DNA of 64,000 bases from Ylistrum balloti (lineage: Eukaryota). Location: NCBI RefSeq assembly GCF_031769215.1, contig NW_026782880.1, positions 1 through 64,000 on the forward strand, read 5' to 3'. Below, in pieces: positions 1 to 12,175 of the stretch; position 1 is the stretch's first letter; each line of letters opens with the position of its first letter. The position numbers and the translations under genes are program-made. A model generated the notes under the pieces. The model was not told where the DNA came from, ran no database searches, and saw only the letters and a program-made list of their open reading frames with translations.

Positions 1-2388
1 ACGGTGACGTGCAAGCTGGGCACTGCCGCCATGGCACTTTTTTTTCAAAATATTTTCAAGACTTTTCCTTTGAAGCAGTATGCATTTGAAAAATGTTATG
101 TAAGCATCTAGCACATTTTTGTTGCTTCCATAAAGTATTTCAGTATTTTGAAATGGATTTATTTTTGAATGGTCTCATTGCAGTCACTTCTGTCAGTGGC
201 CCAACAGATCGGAAATTAACCAGAAAAAAACTTATCCGTAATATTGTACTGTACTACTTACGCTACCGTGAATAGATCTAGGAATCTATCTGTGTAATAT
301 ATCGATTTTACTTTAAAATATCGGTCACTGTCCACGTTATTGTAGATCTAGCTCTTTCAAATTTCTGATCGGAGATAATTTATGAGTACCCCAAGGCCAG
401 AGTATGAAATCATACGGGAACTCTACAGCTATGTTAATTGTAAGTTTTACATGTGAAGTTAATATATATAGTTTTAGCTTAAATTTAGTTTTTGTCTTTC
501 TGACATGATGTCTCGTTGATTCTGTTGAAGAGTGATGCATGTGAACGATTACAATATGAAGATTGGGAATGATGAAGATGTCAATTAACATCTGAATCCC
601 GGAAAGGGTTTTAATAAAGATTAGGATAAACCTAGCAAAGTGTTAGGTCTCAGTGTGAATGTGTAAAGTGTAAGGTCCCAGTGTGAATGTGTAAAGTGTA
701 ATTGGTACAATTGAACTTTTAATATATGTACTGTATTTGTTCATCTCAGAAATTTCAGTATTATGTCAACTGCATCCACTTTCAGTTCAACACTTTTGAT
801 TCATCAATTTTACACAGCCCTAGGCTCAATATTTGTCGTTAATTGTTGACTGTTTTTTAGCATTTTAGAGTTTTGTTTTCATGGTGAATGGAATGAAAGG
901 AGATAAATAGTCTAACCAATACCCCTCGAGAGCTAATTAAGACATTGCAGTATTATCACTTTAGGCCTTATTAAAGTCAAATTGAAACTTTAAGAAACTC
1001 AGGTGGCCGTAAGTACAACGATAAGATGTCAATAATCAATGAAATTGATAAATTGAGAGGACATTTTCTTAGTACAGTTAACCAGGCTTTGTAGTGGTTT
1101 GTTCAGAACTGTAGTTCTGGTTAAGTAACCATTAATTGTGTCCTTCCAGTTACAATGACATACATTTTTGAAATACCTCTACTGTAGCTAAATGTGGCAT
1201 TTGTAATAGACATCCAAAGTTAATTTTGTGATAGACGTAGCTAAAGTTAATTTTAGGATCAGTTAGGACAGCTACTGTTTGTAACAGGCATGGGTTCAAT
1301 TACATGATGATGTAATTAATTAAATTACAATTACATTATGAAAATGGCATTGCCATTACATGACGGTCCAATGTAATTAATTAAATTACACATTACTTTT
1401 CAAGTCAGAATGATTTTTGAAATACAAACGTCAAAATAAATTATCATACTGCACAGATTTATCACATGAATTTAACTTTATGATTCAATCTCTGTATGAC
1501 CATGGTCAAGATATTATTATTTTCTAGCTGTCCATTGCTTAATAATTTGATAGTCCTGAACGTCAAAATAATTAATTACAGTATATTTAATATAGACTCC
1601 TATTGGGAAGTTCAAGACTATAAGCTTATACAGAAGTGTATATTTCTTGCACATAATCATAGCAATAAAGAAATATAGTTATTTATTTCCCTTACTCTCT
1701 TTCAGCAGGTGGATGTCCCTGAAGAAATGAAATCTGGAATGGTAGAAGGTATCTCTTGATTCTTCTAACTTGGAATTGGCCATTGTGACCAACAATGGAT
1801 TTGAGGACCTTATGGTGGAGAAAAACGTCCTTCTTTCCGATCTCCAATTAGATGTTGAAGATGATTAATCACTTGAGGAGATGCTAACATGCATGTTGCC
1901 TTTTAAGGTCACAGTACTCTCTAAAGGCGGCAATATATTTACCATCACAAAAGAAGAATCAACAAATTGCGGAAACTAAAAAAATGTGGAAAAGATCATT
2001 GTATACTACATTTGTAGTAAATTTCTATACAATCTTCAATTTACTTGAGTAGAAAGATTCACTAGTTATACCAAGTTTGTGTAGAAAGGATCACTGTATA
2101 CTGAGTTTGTAGTGTACATAGAAAGGTTTACTTATTTTTTTCTATGTTTAGTGAATACAATATATACTGAAACGAATAAGAAACACAACTTCAAATTGTA
2201 GGTTTAATAAAATAATACTTGTGAGCATTATGTCTAAATTTCATATGTAATAGTTAATATTGAATATTGATGTAACATCCTCTAAATGTTTGGAGATTTT
2301 TAAGAAAAGGTCACTTCGCTAGAAGGTCATGATTGGTAGTACCCTACGTGAATCCAAGTTGAAATGGCAGCAGTTTTGAAACCATGCC

Positions 2389-3408
2389 CTAATATCGTGT
2401 GTGTCCTCCTCGAACAGCTATAGCATCTCTAATTCTTCGTTGCATCGAGTTCATCAGGGAATTGACTGTCCGTATTGGAATGTTATTCCATTCTTGGACG
2501 AGTGCATTTGCTAACTGGGGGAGGGTATTTGGGGGGTTACGGCGATTGCGAATTCTTCTGTCTAGTTCATCCCACAAATGCTCGATTGAGGACAAATCGG
2601 GGCTATATGGAGGCCAATCTATAGGAACAATGTTCTGTGTTGCAAGAAAGTCTCTACAGACTCTTGCAATGTGTGGTCTCGCGTTGTCTTGCTGCAAGGT
2701 TAGATGATGCTGCCTAACAAACGGCACAACATGGGGCCTAAGGATCTCATCCCGATAGCGTACGGCCGTTAAATTCCCATTGACTATCACCAAAGGTGTC
2801 TTCAAACCATGGGAGATTCCTGCCCAAACCATAACTGATCCACCCCCAAATCGGTCATGCTCCAAAACACAGGCGTCAGCAAAACGTTCGCCTCGATGCC
2901 AGTACACACGTTGACAGCCATCTGCACGAAATAACGTTAATCGAGATTCATCGATGAAGAGCATGGACCTCCAACGTCTCATAGGAAAACATCTGGGCAT
3001 ATGTGCCGTCAGCCATTGCATACGACATGCTCGACGTTGCGGTGTTAGTGGTAAACCAACGTACTGTCGCCTTGCATGCAAATTAGCCTCACACAGTCTG
3101 TTGATCACTGTTTGGGGATGAATCCGATGGTTATGATTACCAATCGTATTCCTTGCCGTTTCAGCAGCCGTTAACCTCCTGTTACGCAAATGTGCCAGCC
3201 TAACAACCCGGTCTTGACGTCGCGACGTTACGCGTGGACGTCCTGATCTCGGCCAGTCATCGACTCTTCCTGTGGCGTTAAGACGTGAAACTAATCGACT
3301 AATAGTCGATTTGTGAACTCTGAATTGTCGAGCGACGTGGAGTTGCGTGCTCCCTGCCATAAGCATCGCGATAGCACGTCCTCTATCAGCCTGTGATAAC
3401 CGTGGCAT
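2389..3408 (-). CDS. Tc1-family transposase, 339 aa (true start MPRLS at 3408; the ORF track extends upstream into the 5' leader)
   Basis: N-terminal paired-like HTH (MPRLS...GRPRVTS). Catalytic motifs FIDES, QQDNARPH and SPDLSSIEHLW, with 34 residues between the second D and E. No stops. Confidence 0.93.
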   Translation of the reverse strand: MPRLSQADRGRAIAMLMAGSTQLHVARQFRVHKSTISRLVSRLNATGRVDDWPRSGRPRVTSRRQDRVVRLAHLRNRRLTAAETARNTIGNHNHRIHPQTVINRLCEANLHARRQYVGLPLTPQRRACRMQWLTAHMPRCFPMRRWRSMLFIDESRLTLFRADGCQRVYWHRGERFADACVLEHDRFGGGSVMVWAGISHGLKTPLVIVNGNLTAVRYRDEILRPHVVPFVRQHHLTLQQDNARPHIARVCRDFLATQNIVPIDWPPYSPDLSSIEHLWDELDRRIRNRRNPPNTLPQLANALVQEWNNIPIRTVNSLMNSMQRRIRDAIAVRGGHTRY

Positions 3409-3536
3409 AATTGTAAAAGGAACTATTGTTTGGCGATGATGTGTCTCGATGTTAGTGATAAATTGATACTGGTTTGAATGAAAATGAACGCATATGTTTG
3501 TACAGGCATGGTTTTTGATGTTTTTACTGCGCCGGA

Positions 3537-3627
3537 TGTGCATAGGTTTCTCGTCATACCTGGTTGATTTTGACCATTGGTTGTGCATAGGTTTCTCGTC
3601 ATACCTGGTTGATTTTGACCATTGGTT
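3537..3627. repeat. 45-bp tandem duplication in the Tc1 5' leader
   Basis: tgtgcataggtttctcgtcatacctggttgattttgaccattggt starts at 3537 and again at 3582. Confidence 0.95.
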
Positions 3628-5702
3628 AGGGTGATAGGCAGGGTGCACTTTTAATTCTGCGATTTTTATACAGCTATGTATATTTAATACAAAATTAATA
3701 ACAATTTTCCAAGTTGCGTTTATTTTTCGTTTCAGTACATAAAAAAAAACTTTTTGTAGAAAATATCACCGCATACTTTGTTTGTTGTTTACAAATGTGT
3801 AAAAGATCGCTGTATACCGAGTTTTTAGTTTACAATTGTCTAGAAAAATCACTGTATACTGAACATAATACGACTTCTGTTTGAAACCTTCATTTGAACT
3901 TAGATAGTATTTTTTTTTATTTATCTTAAAAGTCTACCCTCAACAATTTTGTGTATGCAATCTTGTACTAGGATATTGACATGACAAGATTACATTGCTG
4001 ATCAAAGCATGGAAAGAATACTGCATAAAGAAAACAAGATATAAGCATCTTTATCATGTTTTTATTTTTATTATTATCATTATTATTATTTTTCCATGAT
4101 GTCTGTCCACATGGAATTTGTAAGCAATCTTGTGCATTCTTATACCACCAAAAGGATGGGTAAATGGAATCAAGTTGTCTAACTGTCCATCCATATGTTT
4201 GTCTGTCTGTGGACACATCTTGTCTAGACAACTCCCATGAAACTTTACAGTAATATTCGGGACAATGTGTAGATGTGCATGCACCATTTTCCCCTCGAAA
4301 TATTTATTGCCATGGCAACTGGTCAATATAGACAGGTTTTGCATGTCGGTCAACTGCTAAACCTGTGGACCAATTTCAACAAAACTTCGCAGGAATATTA
4401 GGGAACATGTGCACATGCCGCTGTGTTTCAGAGGATGTTTCTGTGCAAAAGGTCACCATGGGGAGATAACTAAGGCTGTGGGTGTTGGGGGTATTAGTTA
4501 TCATTTGGACTACAGTTTCAGTTATCCCTGGGCAATGTGGAGAGGATATAGTAATGATTTTGAGGATTGAATGTAGAGGTCACAGTACTTGCATGAGTAC
4601 AATATGATTACCTTGTAAACGCATTGAGACCAATACAGTTAGTATACCTTAATCAAATTTGGAACATGTATCCCTTATGAATAAAATATCTTGCGACAAG
4701 TTTTAGAGAACAAAGAATATATAAACATGAAAAATTGGAACAAAGACAATATCTACTTGAAGATTCCCTGAAAAAGTACAAGGTGAATAAGACCAGGTTT
4801 TCCAGAAGAATAGGCATCTTCTATTTTAAGTTATGGTGACAAGTCATGTTTGTTTTAGAAAATTGGCACTCTTATGCAGTCATTTACAAACAATCTGGAA
4901 AATGAAGCTGTCCAATATTTGTATGTAGCATGTTATTTGCATGATGGTCTAACTAATGGTCTTAATCCAATAAGATATGCAGTCTTTAAAGTGATAACAT
5001 GGTGTCCAAGATCAACATTCCCTACAATGTATCCAAAGAAATGGACAAATTCCCTATCATTGCATCTTGGAGCCTACTTGGGACATGTATTACAGAAGTA
5101 ATGTGTACTATGCTTGTTATTTCTGATATCTGCTGGTCATTTTTTATGGGCTGCAATGATTTACTGCTTGCATATAGTTGGTTTCAGTATATAGCAAGCT
5201 AATAACAAAGAATTTATTTTTTAATGGTCTTAGCATACCAGTACTTTCATTTTATTTCTCTGGTGTGTAACTAAAGGTAAACAAATGTAACCAGTGATCA
5301 TACTCTATTAATGATTGAACACCTTTGATTGATGTTGAGTAAGTGTACAGATGCCATTCTTTGTTTGATGTTGTGCATATCTACACTGAAATTCCCTTTG
5401 GCATTTTGACTGATGCTAGTCAGTGCAGTTGATTACACTTGACATTTCCTTGATTTGTTCTATTATAAATTAAGGAATTTCTACTTAGGTAATAGAATCC
5501 TTAATTGCAGTTAAATCTCACTGAAACTGAATGTTACATTTCAATTAAGTTTACCAAACTTCATTTGAATATCCAAATATATGTATCTTTAATTTAATAT
5601 TCTAATTTTACAGGTCAACTTAGAACTAGTTTTAAATCTAAATTTAGATGCTGGAAACTGGGAAATTTCCAGTTTGACATCTTATTTCTGGTAATTCAGT
5701 AA

Positions 5703-7546
5703 AGGGCCTGTTTCCAGTAATGTTAATTCTCCATAGGAGCCTGCCCCCGTATAATTTCTTATCTAGCTCAACTACTGTTTTTTTCTTTTCCGAAAAATAA
5801 TTTTACACCTTTCCGACACCCAGATTTCATAATTTCAGTGAAAATGTATTTTTATAAAGTTGTCAATTTCAGCATCAAAGACATAAGTTCGTAAATAAAA
5901 GAAGGTTATCTCGAAATTGTAATTCGCAACATAGTATAAATTTCTTTTGATAAATATTTCCAAAACATCGAGTTTATTCATAAAACATAAAAAAAATATA
6001 TTCTCGGATGAAAATGCACTTGCAGAGACACAATTATGAAGAAAAATGCCATAAATTTGCAATTTTCTCCCGTTATGTAGTTTTGGATGCAAATTTCCAT
6101 CAGAAAATCAGATAGAGCTTTACTTGTTTCATATGTGTACCAAAAATCAGCTAATTCCATGTGGTGGAACGTTCTCATATCGCCACCTGAATGTGGTTGT
6201 AAATTGAAAGAAAAGGGTAAATGAGTAACAACCTTGTCTGAATCCCTATTATATAGCTTATTATATACAAACTTTTATATTGAATATCAGAGCGGATATT
6301 TTCATGACAGTTTTATGATGTAAAAAAAAAAAAATAAATAAATAAAGTACTGTTTCCCCGTCTCGATCTTGATTACTTGAGAACCTCTGGCTCCTGGTTA
6401 AATCGCCGAACATTTAAGTGATGACGGCGACTATGAGGTGTGGCTTTATCAGCACTCCCCAGACCTTCTCCGATGTCAAATACATTCTCGACACAAAAGC
6501 CAAACGAAATATAACGTTTGGATACGGTTCACCGTTTCACCCGATGTTGAGGCCCCAATAAAGGACTACTACTGCCAGTGCCCAGTTGGAGAGAGAACGA
6601 TGGGAATGTGTGCGCACATCTCCAGTATCTTGTACTACCTTGGGTATTACAGGACGCTGGAAAACCCTCGACCATTACAACCACAGGTAAAGAAATTCCG
6701 ACAAAACTTGAATAGTTTTCCATGCGGCAACAGAGTGCATATGTCGAAAGTATGTTTTGGGCTCTATATGAAAGATCCCCGTTACCATGTGACTAACCAA
6801 ACTTATAAATATAGGTATTATACAATCGCCCGTAGCTATGAACACTCCCGTAAATGTGAAAACCAACCAAAATCACGTTTTGTTTGTTGTTCTGTCTATT
6901 TGTCAGCCAATGTCTTCAACCACGGGGACTTACGAAGTAGCCATCTTGGATTTTTTTATGAAAAAGTGTTTCTCTCACTTTTTTTCATATCTGTGTACAT
7001 ATTCTCAACATACTGAGTAAATACTCTCGTTTTTTTGTTAATTATCTAAAGAAAGTCGAAAATCAGCAATTCAACCATAGGCTAATTCAACCCAACATTT
7101 GAAAATGTTCCACCACTTACATTTTGATGATTTTTCCTCTCATCAATAGCATATTACGTACTATTTAATAGGATAAAAATTGGTTTGCATCCAACGCCCA
7201 TAAAAGGGTGTCTAAAATGTTATCATCGAAAATGGCATTTTTGAGATTGTTTCTTCCATAAAACAGCCAAATGGTGCGATGGAAACATGATTTTTTGTCA
7301 CAATCATGACCTGAATGTATTCTTTACGGTGACTATCATTTGATTAGATTTTCATTAATATTTTACATAACATGCACATTTTATCGACACTTAGCTTCTG
7401 AAAGGTACAACTTTGAGGAGCCATAAAAAACAAACCAAGTGACCTAAATCTCTATACTTGATAGATTTGTGACCACAACGGCATGGGCAATGCACCACCA
7501 ACAGGAAATTTGAATCAGAGAAGGGGCCGTTTTGGAAACCGGCCCT
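5703..7546 (+). mobile_element. Kolobok-like non-autonomous DNA transposon
   Basis: 14-bp TIR AGGGCC(T/G)GTTTCCA (5703-5716 and 7533-7546, 13/14 identical), flanked by GTAA (left) and TTAA (right). Purine-purine termini with a TTAA target are Kolobok hallmarks. Contains only a SWIM-finger remnant. Confidence 0.6.
6405..6700 (+). pseudogene. C-terminal fragment of a transposon protein with a SWIM zinc finger
   Basis: AEHLSDDGDYEVWLYQHSPDLLRCQIHSRH...YYCQCPVGERTMGMCAHISSILYYLG contains the CxC-x9-CxH SWIM-type pattern seen at the C-terminus of invertebrate DDE transposon proteins. No upstream body is present. Confidence 0.7.
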
Positions 7547-9011
7547 TTAATCTAAAATCACATTTTGTGTGTATTTGGTCATATAGAATTTGCATGCACT
7601 GAATTTCCTATAACCCATTAACTAACCTCTGCTTGTATGTTATATTGTCATCTGTTTTTCTGTGAATTGTAAAGTGGGCAGATTTTGAATAAAAACTGCC
7701 TCATCTTTACATTAGCATATATCACAAATAGTTTGCAGTGTGTTAAGTAAATCTGTTTGCACTAGTATGTATGATTGCACAGTTCTATTTTGGATTGGGG
7801 TATAATACACAATGCTACATGTTTGCCAAACACAATACCTCCAAGCAAGGAGCTCACCATAATAGTTGCAGTAAGGAAGTAAGATTTTGTCAGTCTTTAG
7901 TTAACACAAAAATAATTGTTACGAATCTTCAGCTTTATTATGAAGCAATAATTTGTTTTCATATCAATTCAGGGTGTGTTATTATTCACATGGCTCCAGA
8001 GAATTTTTCTTGACAAAATTTTCACTTGGTGTCTTCCAGCTGAAAATGAAAAAAAAAAAAAAAAAAATGAGAAAAACAAGAATGTATGTGAAATATTAAA
8101 TGTGTGATGCAATCCATCTATAAACCCTTGCTGCTGTGTCTTTTGCTTCAGTGTGCACTGCTGGGTGCTTTTCACATTTTATGATTTAACTGGGTTAACT
8201 TCAAACTTAACTTAGCATCAAAAATATTTTTATTGAACAATTCATTTAATACATAATGACTGATGTTATCGCTGCATATATCTACACACCTGGAATTTGT
8301 AATAAAGAGGAGAGAGAACCAGCAACACTGATTACAGGAATGTTCAATTTTTCCAAAACATCAGTTGCTATGACAGTTTACTTCATCTCGTTTAAAATCC
8401 AAAGTCTTTTTTATTTTTTTGCAATGTACATAACCCATGGCCATTCATTAACCTGAAAAGAATAAAACATTTTGATTTAAATGATGAATAATTATCTGAG
8501 CCAACATTCTTTAGCTGTTTGGTTTATCTATTCTTTTATTTATTTATCTATTTATTTATTTACTTTGATATGAATACAAAAAAAGTCGTAGTGAAAACTC
8601 CTGTACAAGTGGTATAAAATTTGTATGGCACTTCTATAGCGTTCTATAGCTTTCTTGGAAATGTTTACTTCATATATACAGATGAGAACAGTTTCTTAAT
8701 AAATCAAATTTAAATTTAAAACACAATCATTCATTAAAACTTCAGTAAAACTGAAGTTGATATCTTGCAATTTAATATGAAATCCTTGTTCACATGTCAT
8801 CACAAGTTATTTAATAATTAAGATAACTTTATAAGATATTGACTTCAGTTTACATTATTTTTATAGTTTTTAATTGGGAAAAGTAATCATGGGTGAGAGG
8901 CACTTGTTTTGAAATTAGTTAGGTGTTGGGGTTAAATCCCCATTTTTGTAATTAATATTCCATATACTAAATGTTCCATGAATAGTGGGGTTGCTTAAAA
9001 AAATAAAGATA

Positions 9012-9401
9012 AATTTGTAAAAGCTCAAACAGAAATTGGAAACAATTTAACAAATGATAACTCATTATCAGTTCATTTCAGATATTAGACAATTTGTAAA
9101 AGCACAAACAGAAATTGGAAACAATTTAACAAATGATAACTCATTATCAGTTCATTTCAGATATTAGACAATTTGTAAAAGCTCAAACAGAAATTGGAAA
9201 CAATTTAACAAATGATAACTCATTATCAGTTCATTTCAGATATTAGACAATTTGTAAAAGCTCAAACAGAAATTGGAAACAATTTAACAAATGATAACTC
9301 ATTATCAATTCATTTCAGATATTAGACAATTTGTAAAAGCTCAAACAGAAATTGGAAACAATTTAACAAATGATAACTCATTATCAGTTCAGTTCAGATA
9401 T
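9012..9401. repeat. 79-bp minisatellite, ~4.9 copies
   Basis: Unit atttgtaaaagctcaaacagaaattgg...tattagaca starts at 9013, 9092, 9171, 9250 and 9329; copies are nearly identical. Confidence 0.95.
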
Positions 9402-10289
9402 GACATCTTCCATATAAAAGTGCACCACTGTCTGTCAACATGTGTAAAGTCATTTATTTCTGCTAGTTAAGGTTTTTAATTGAAATTATTATTTCATGAT
9501 GTTGTTATCTTCCATTTTTATCAGTAAAAAACACTTTCAATGAAGAAAAAATCAATGCATATAATAATAAATGAATTTTGATTTTGATTTAATTGGTGTT
9601 TTTGACAGATTTTAACTCCTTGACAAACAGACATGGCAAATGATGATGTATTTTTAAATAATTGGTTTTGTTGTATGCCACCTCTTTTATGCAAAACGTA
9701 TATCTTGTATCACATATTTTATGTTTGTGAGCCTTAAACTGTTATTCTTTATACACAATAAAAGAAATTAAGAATATAAATTGGAAATGATGATGTGTTT
9801 TTGTGTCTGTCAAACTTCATGACGTTTTTGCTCACTTTTAGAGATGGGCTGTGCACGTCTATTTTCAAAATATTTCTGCATTTAACTGATATAAAATTGT
9901 AACTTTAAAAAAAAAAGGAAAAAAGTTCATAAGCCATTGCTATATCACCTGGAAATTACGGATAATATGCTCTCAAGAATAACTAACGTCATGTCCGTCA
10001 AACTCGGAAATTTCATTCGCTGACGATGGCCATCGGTCTATACCGGCCTACGCTTAGCTCCCTTACGATGAAGCCAAGTGCTTCCGCTAGGATCGCTGCA
10101 TGTCTAGCAATAACAAATATGGCCGGCGGACAGGAGGAATTGGAGGAGGATGCAGGTAAAAACAATGAATTACCGATGTCTGTCAAATTAACTGACGTTT
10201 ACAAGTGATGACGTTTGAATCACGAAACCCCGCAAACATGGTTCTATGCTGTTTTTTTCACAGAAGGCCCTAACCTATATCCAATGTTT

Positions 10290-10503
10290 CATTTTTTGAC
10301 AGAATCCGACGAGAATTTCAAAACGATATGAGGTTTCGCGGGTTTTTGTTGTCAAACGTCATTTTTTGACCGACATATTATTATGAACGTCACGATTTTG
10401 ACAGAAATGTTATAATGAACGTCTGTGTTTTGACAGACACACCAGGGTAAACGTCAGCATGTTGACGGACATCACTTTGTGAACGTCAGTTTTTTGACAG
10501 AAC
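10290..10503. repeat. Left cluster of TTTGACAGA-type motifs (candidate subterminal transposase-binding repeats)
   Basis: Repeated ttttgacaga/ttttgaccga motifs; these are the reverse complement of the TGTCTGTCAAA cluster at 18.9-19.3 kb on the other side of the transposase gene. Confidence 0.5.
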
Positions 10504-11914
10504 ATGATTTTATGAGTGATAATTCGCCATTTTAAAATTAAATAAATATAAATAATAATATATCTTATAAGGATTACAATCGTATTACAAAATTGGAACA
10601 TTCAACAAATTCTATTTCTACATGTACAGTATAATAAAAAATGAATGTAATGTTTACTCAATGAAACTTGAATTAGTTTTATGCATTTTGAATAAACAAG
10701 TTTCATCTGTCTACCTCATGTCCATTGCTGATAAATAAACTCAAGTGGAATATTCAAAAAAAGAAGAAGAAGAAAAAAACCACAGAAATGAAAAAAAGTA
10801 TGCGAAACAGTAACATGCAACAAAATAATGATGTACAGAAATTCAAATTTCCCACACGGAAAACTGCATGTTCAGACGAACATTTATGAGAAAAAATACT
10901 CAAGTTTGACAAAACATTGTCAAAACAATGAAGATCCTTTTTTGTTACAAATCTCTCAGTCAATTTTGTCATAAACTGTTTATAATGATGGAGTACGTGT
11001 TCGTGTGGGTACTTGTGCCTATTAAAATGTCTTGCGACCTATAGCCAAACACGATGCACATATATATCTTAACAAGTACATGAGAAGAAAGCAGAAGGGA
11101 TCTTTCTGTGAAATTTAGAAATTAAGCAAAGTTAAAAATATTTCCAATTTGTTTTAATTTTTTGGTATTCTGACCCTACTATTAAAAAGGAATTCTGTTG
11201 TTAGTGACCAATTATCATAATTTTCAAAAGATCAACAAAACATTAAGAAACAATCAGATTAATATTCCAGTTTCTTTACTATCAACTTCACTTTCAAGGT
11301 TTTAATATTGGTTGAGGTTTTTAAAGCCTTTGTAAATGAGAACAAATACCATACCAACATGCTAACAAAATCATAATTCAAACTTAATTAATGACCATTA
11401 AATCAAGGGCAAAATCAAAACAAAGGCAAGATCTACTTGGAGAGTCCCTGAAAAAGTACAAGAATAAGATCCATGTGTTCCTGAAGTGTTTAAGCGTCTT
11501 CTGCTACATCAATGACACCCTCATGTAGACCTTGGATAGCTACATGTAGGTCAATTCAAGTTTAAAGGTCTTTATATAAATTAATGTATACCGTATAACA
11601 GTGTTGTTATTAGTGCTGGGAATCTGTTGAAATTTCCTGATCAATCATCAAAGTAAATTGCACAGAATACTTTTCAATAATTTTATTAATGTTGAAAATA
11701 ATTTCAATGTTGAAATAATTTATTTTCTTACATCACGATGTCAAGTATTTTTGATGAAAATCTTTTACAGATTTCTTACTTAATAAATTGATCAAGCATC
11801 TCAGATAAGTGATCCTCAATGAACTTGATTAATCGAAACAACACTAGTTGTTATGCCCACCTCTTACCACAAAGTGTGTGATCAAATGGACTAAAGCCAT
11901 TCAAAAATATGGTC

Positions 11915-12175
11915 TAAAAAATGTCTGACCTCATGTCGTTCAAGGAAACAGAACATTTCCTGACAAAATTGTGGTAGCGACCATAAAATTTTCTTATAAT
12001 CTTCATCATGCTGCCACATGAGTTTGTTTACCAGCTGTCTAGATCTTATGTAAAAGTCATGATATCTAGTACAACCCCATGAATATCCGATCAACTGGGA
12101 CATGGAGACATCATGGGTAGGGGAAGCAGGGATATAACTGTGCATAAAAGGGAAATTGACAATATTTATACAAAA
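11915..12175 (-). pseudogene. Degraded Penelope-like element RT C-terminal fragment, inside the predicted first intron
   Basis: IVNFPFMHSYIPASPTHDVSMSQLIGYSWGC..DFYIRSRQLVNKL, then after a frameshift RKFYGRYHNFV. This matches the NFP..SNIP..PAYGVY.SQL.RY / KFYGRH pattern I recognise from invertebrate Penelope-like RTs. Confidence 0.6.

Larger units (their letters stand above)
2165..3737 (-). mobile_element. Tc1/mariner (Tc1 family, DD34E) DNA transposon
   Basis: Left end TACTGAAACGAATAAGAAACACAACTT (2165-2191) matches the reverse complement of 3711-3737 (TACTGAAACGAAAAATAAACGCAACTT) with 3 mismatches. TA dinucleotides at both ends; encloses the transposase ORF. The exact TA/TIR boundary is uncertain by 2 bp. 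Confidence 0.92.

Noticed and set aside
1700-1760. Possible small host-gene exons (cag|gtggatgtccct...gtagaag|gt, and a similar one near 5614-5690)
   Set aside because: The splice-like signals give no recognisable protein or consistent gene model.
3409-3648. 80-aa N-terminal extension of the Tc1 ORF
   Set aside because: It is open 5' leader containing a 45-bp duplication; Tc1 homology starts at MPRLS (3408).
4740-4825. Degenerate dispersed repeat shared with 11440-11527, possibly a Penelope-type terminal remnant or hammerhead ribozyme
   Set aside because: Too decayed; no CTGANGA/GAAA core with stems could be traced.
9012-9401. CRISPR-like array
   Set aside because: The 79-bp units are contiguous with no unique spacers, there are no cas genes, and the context is eukaryotic.
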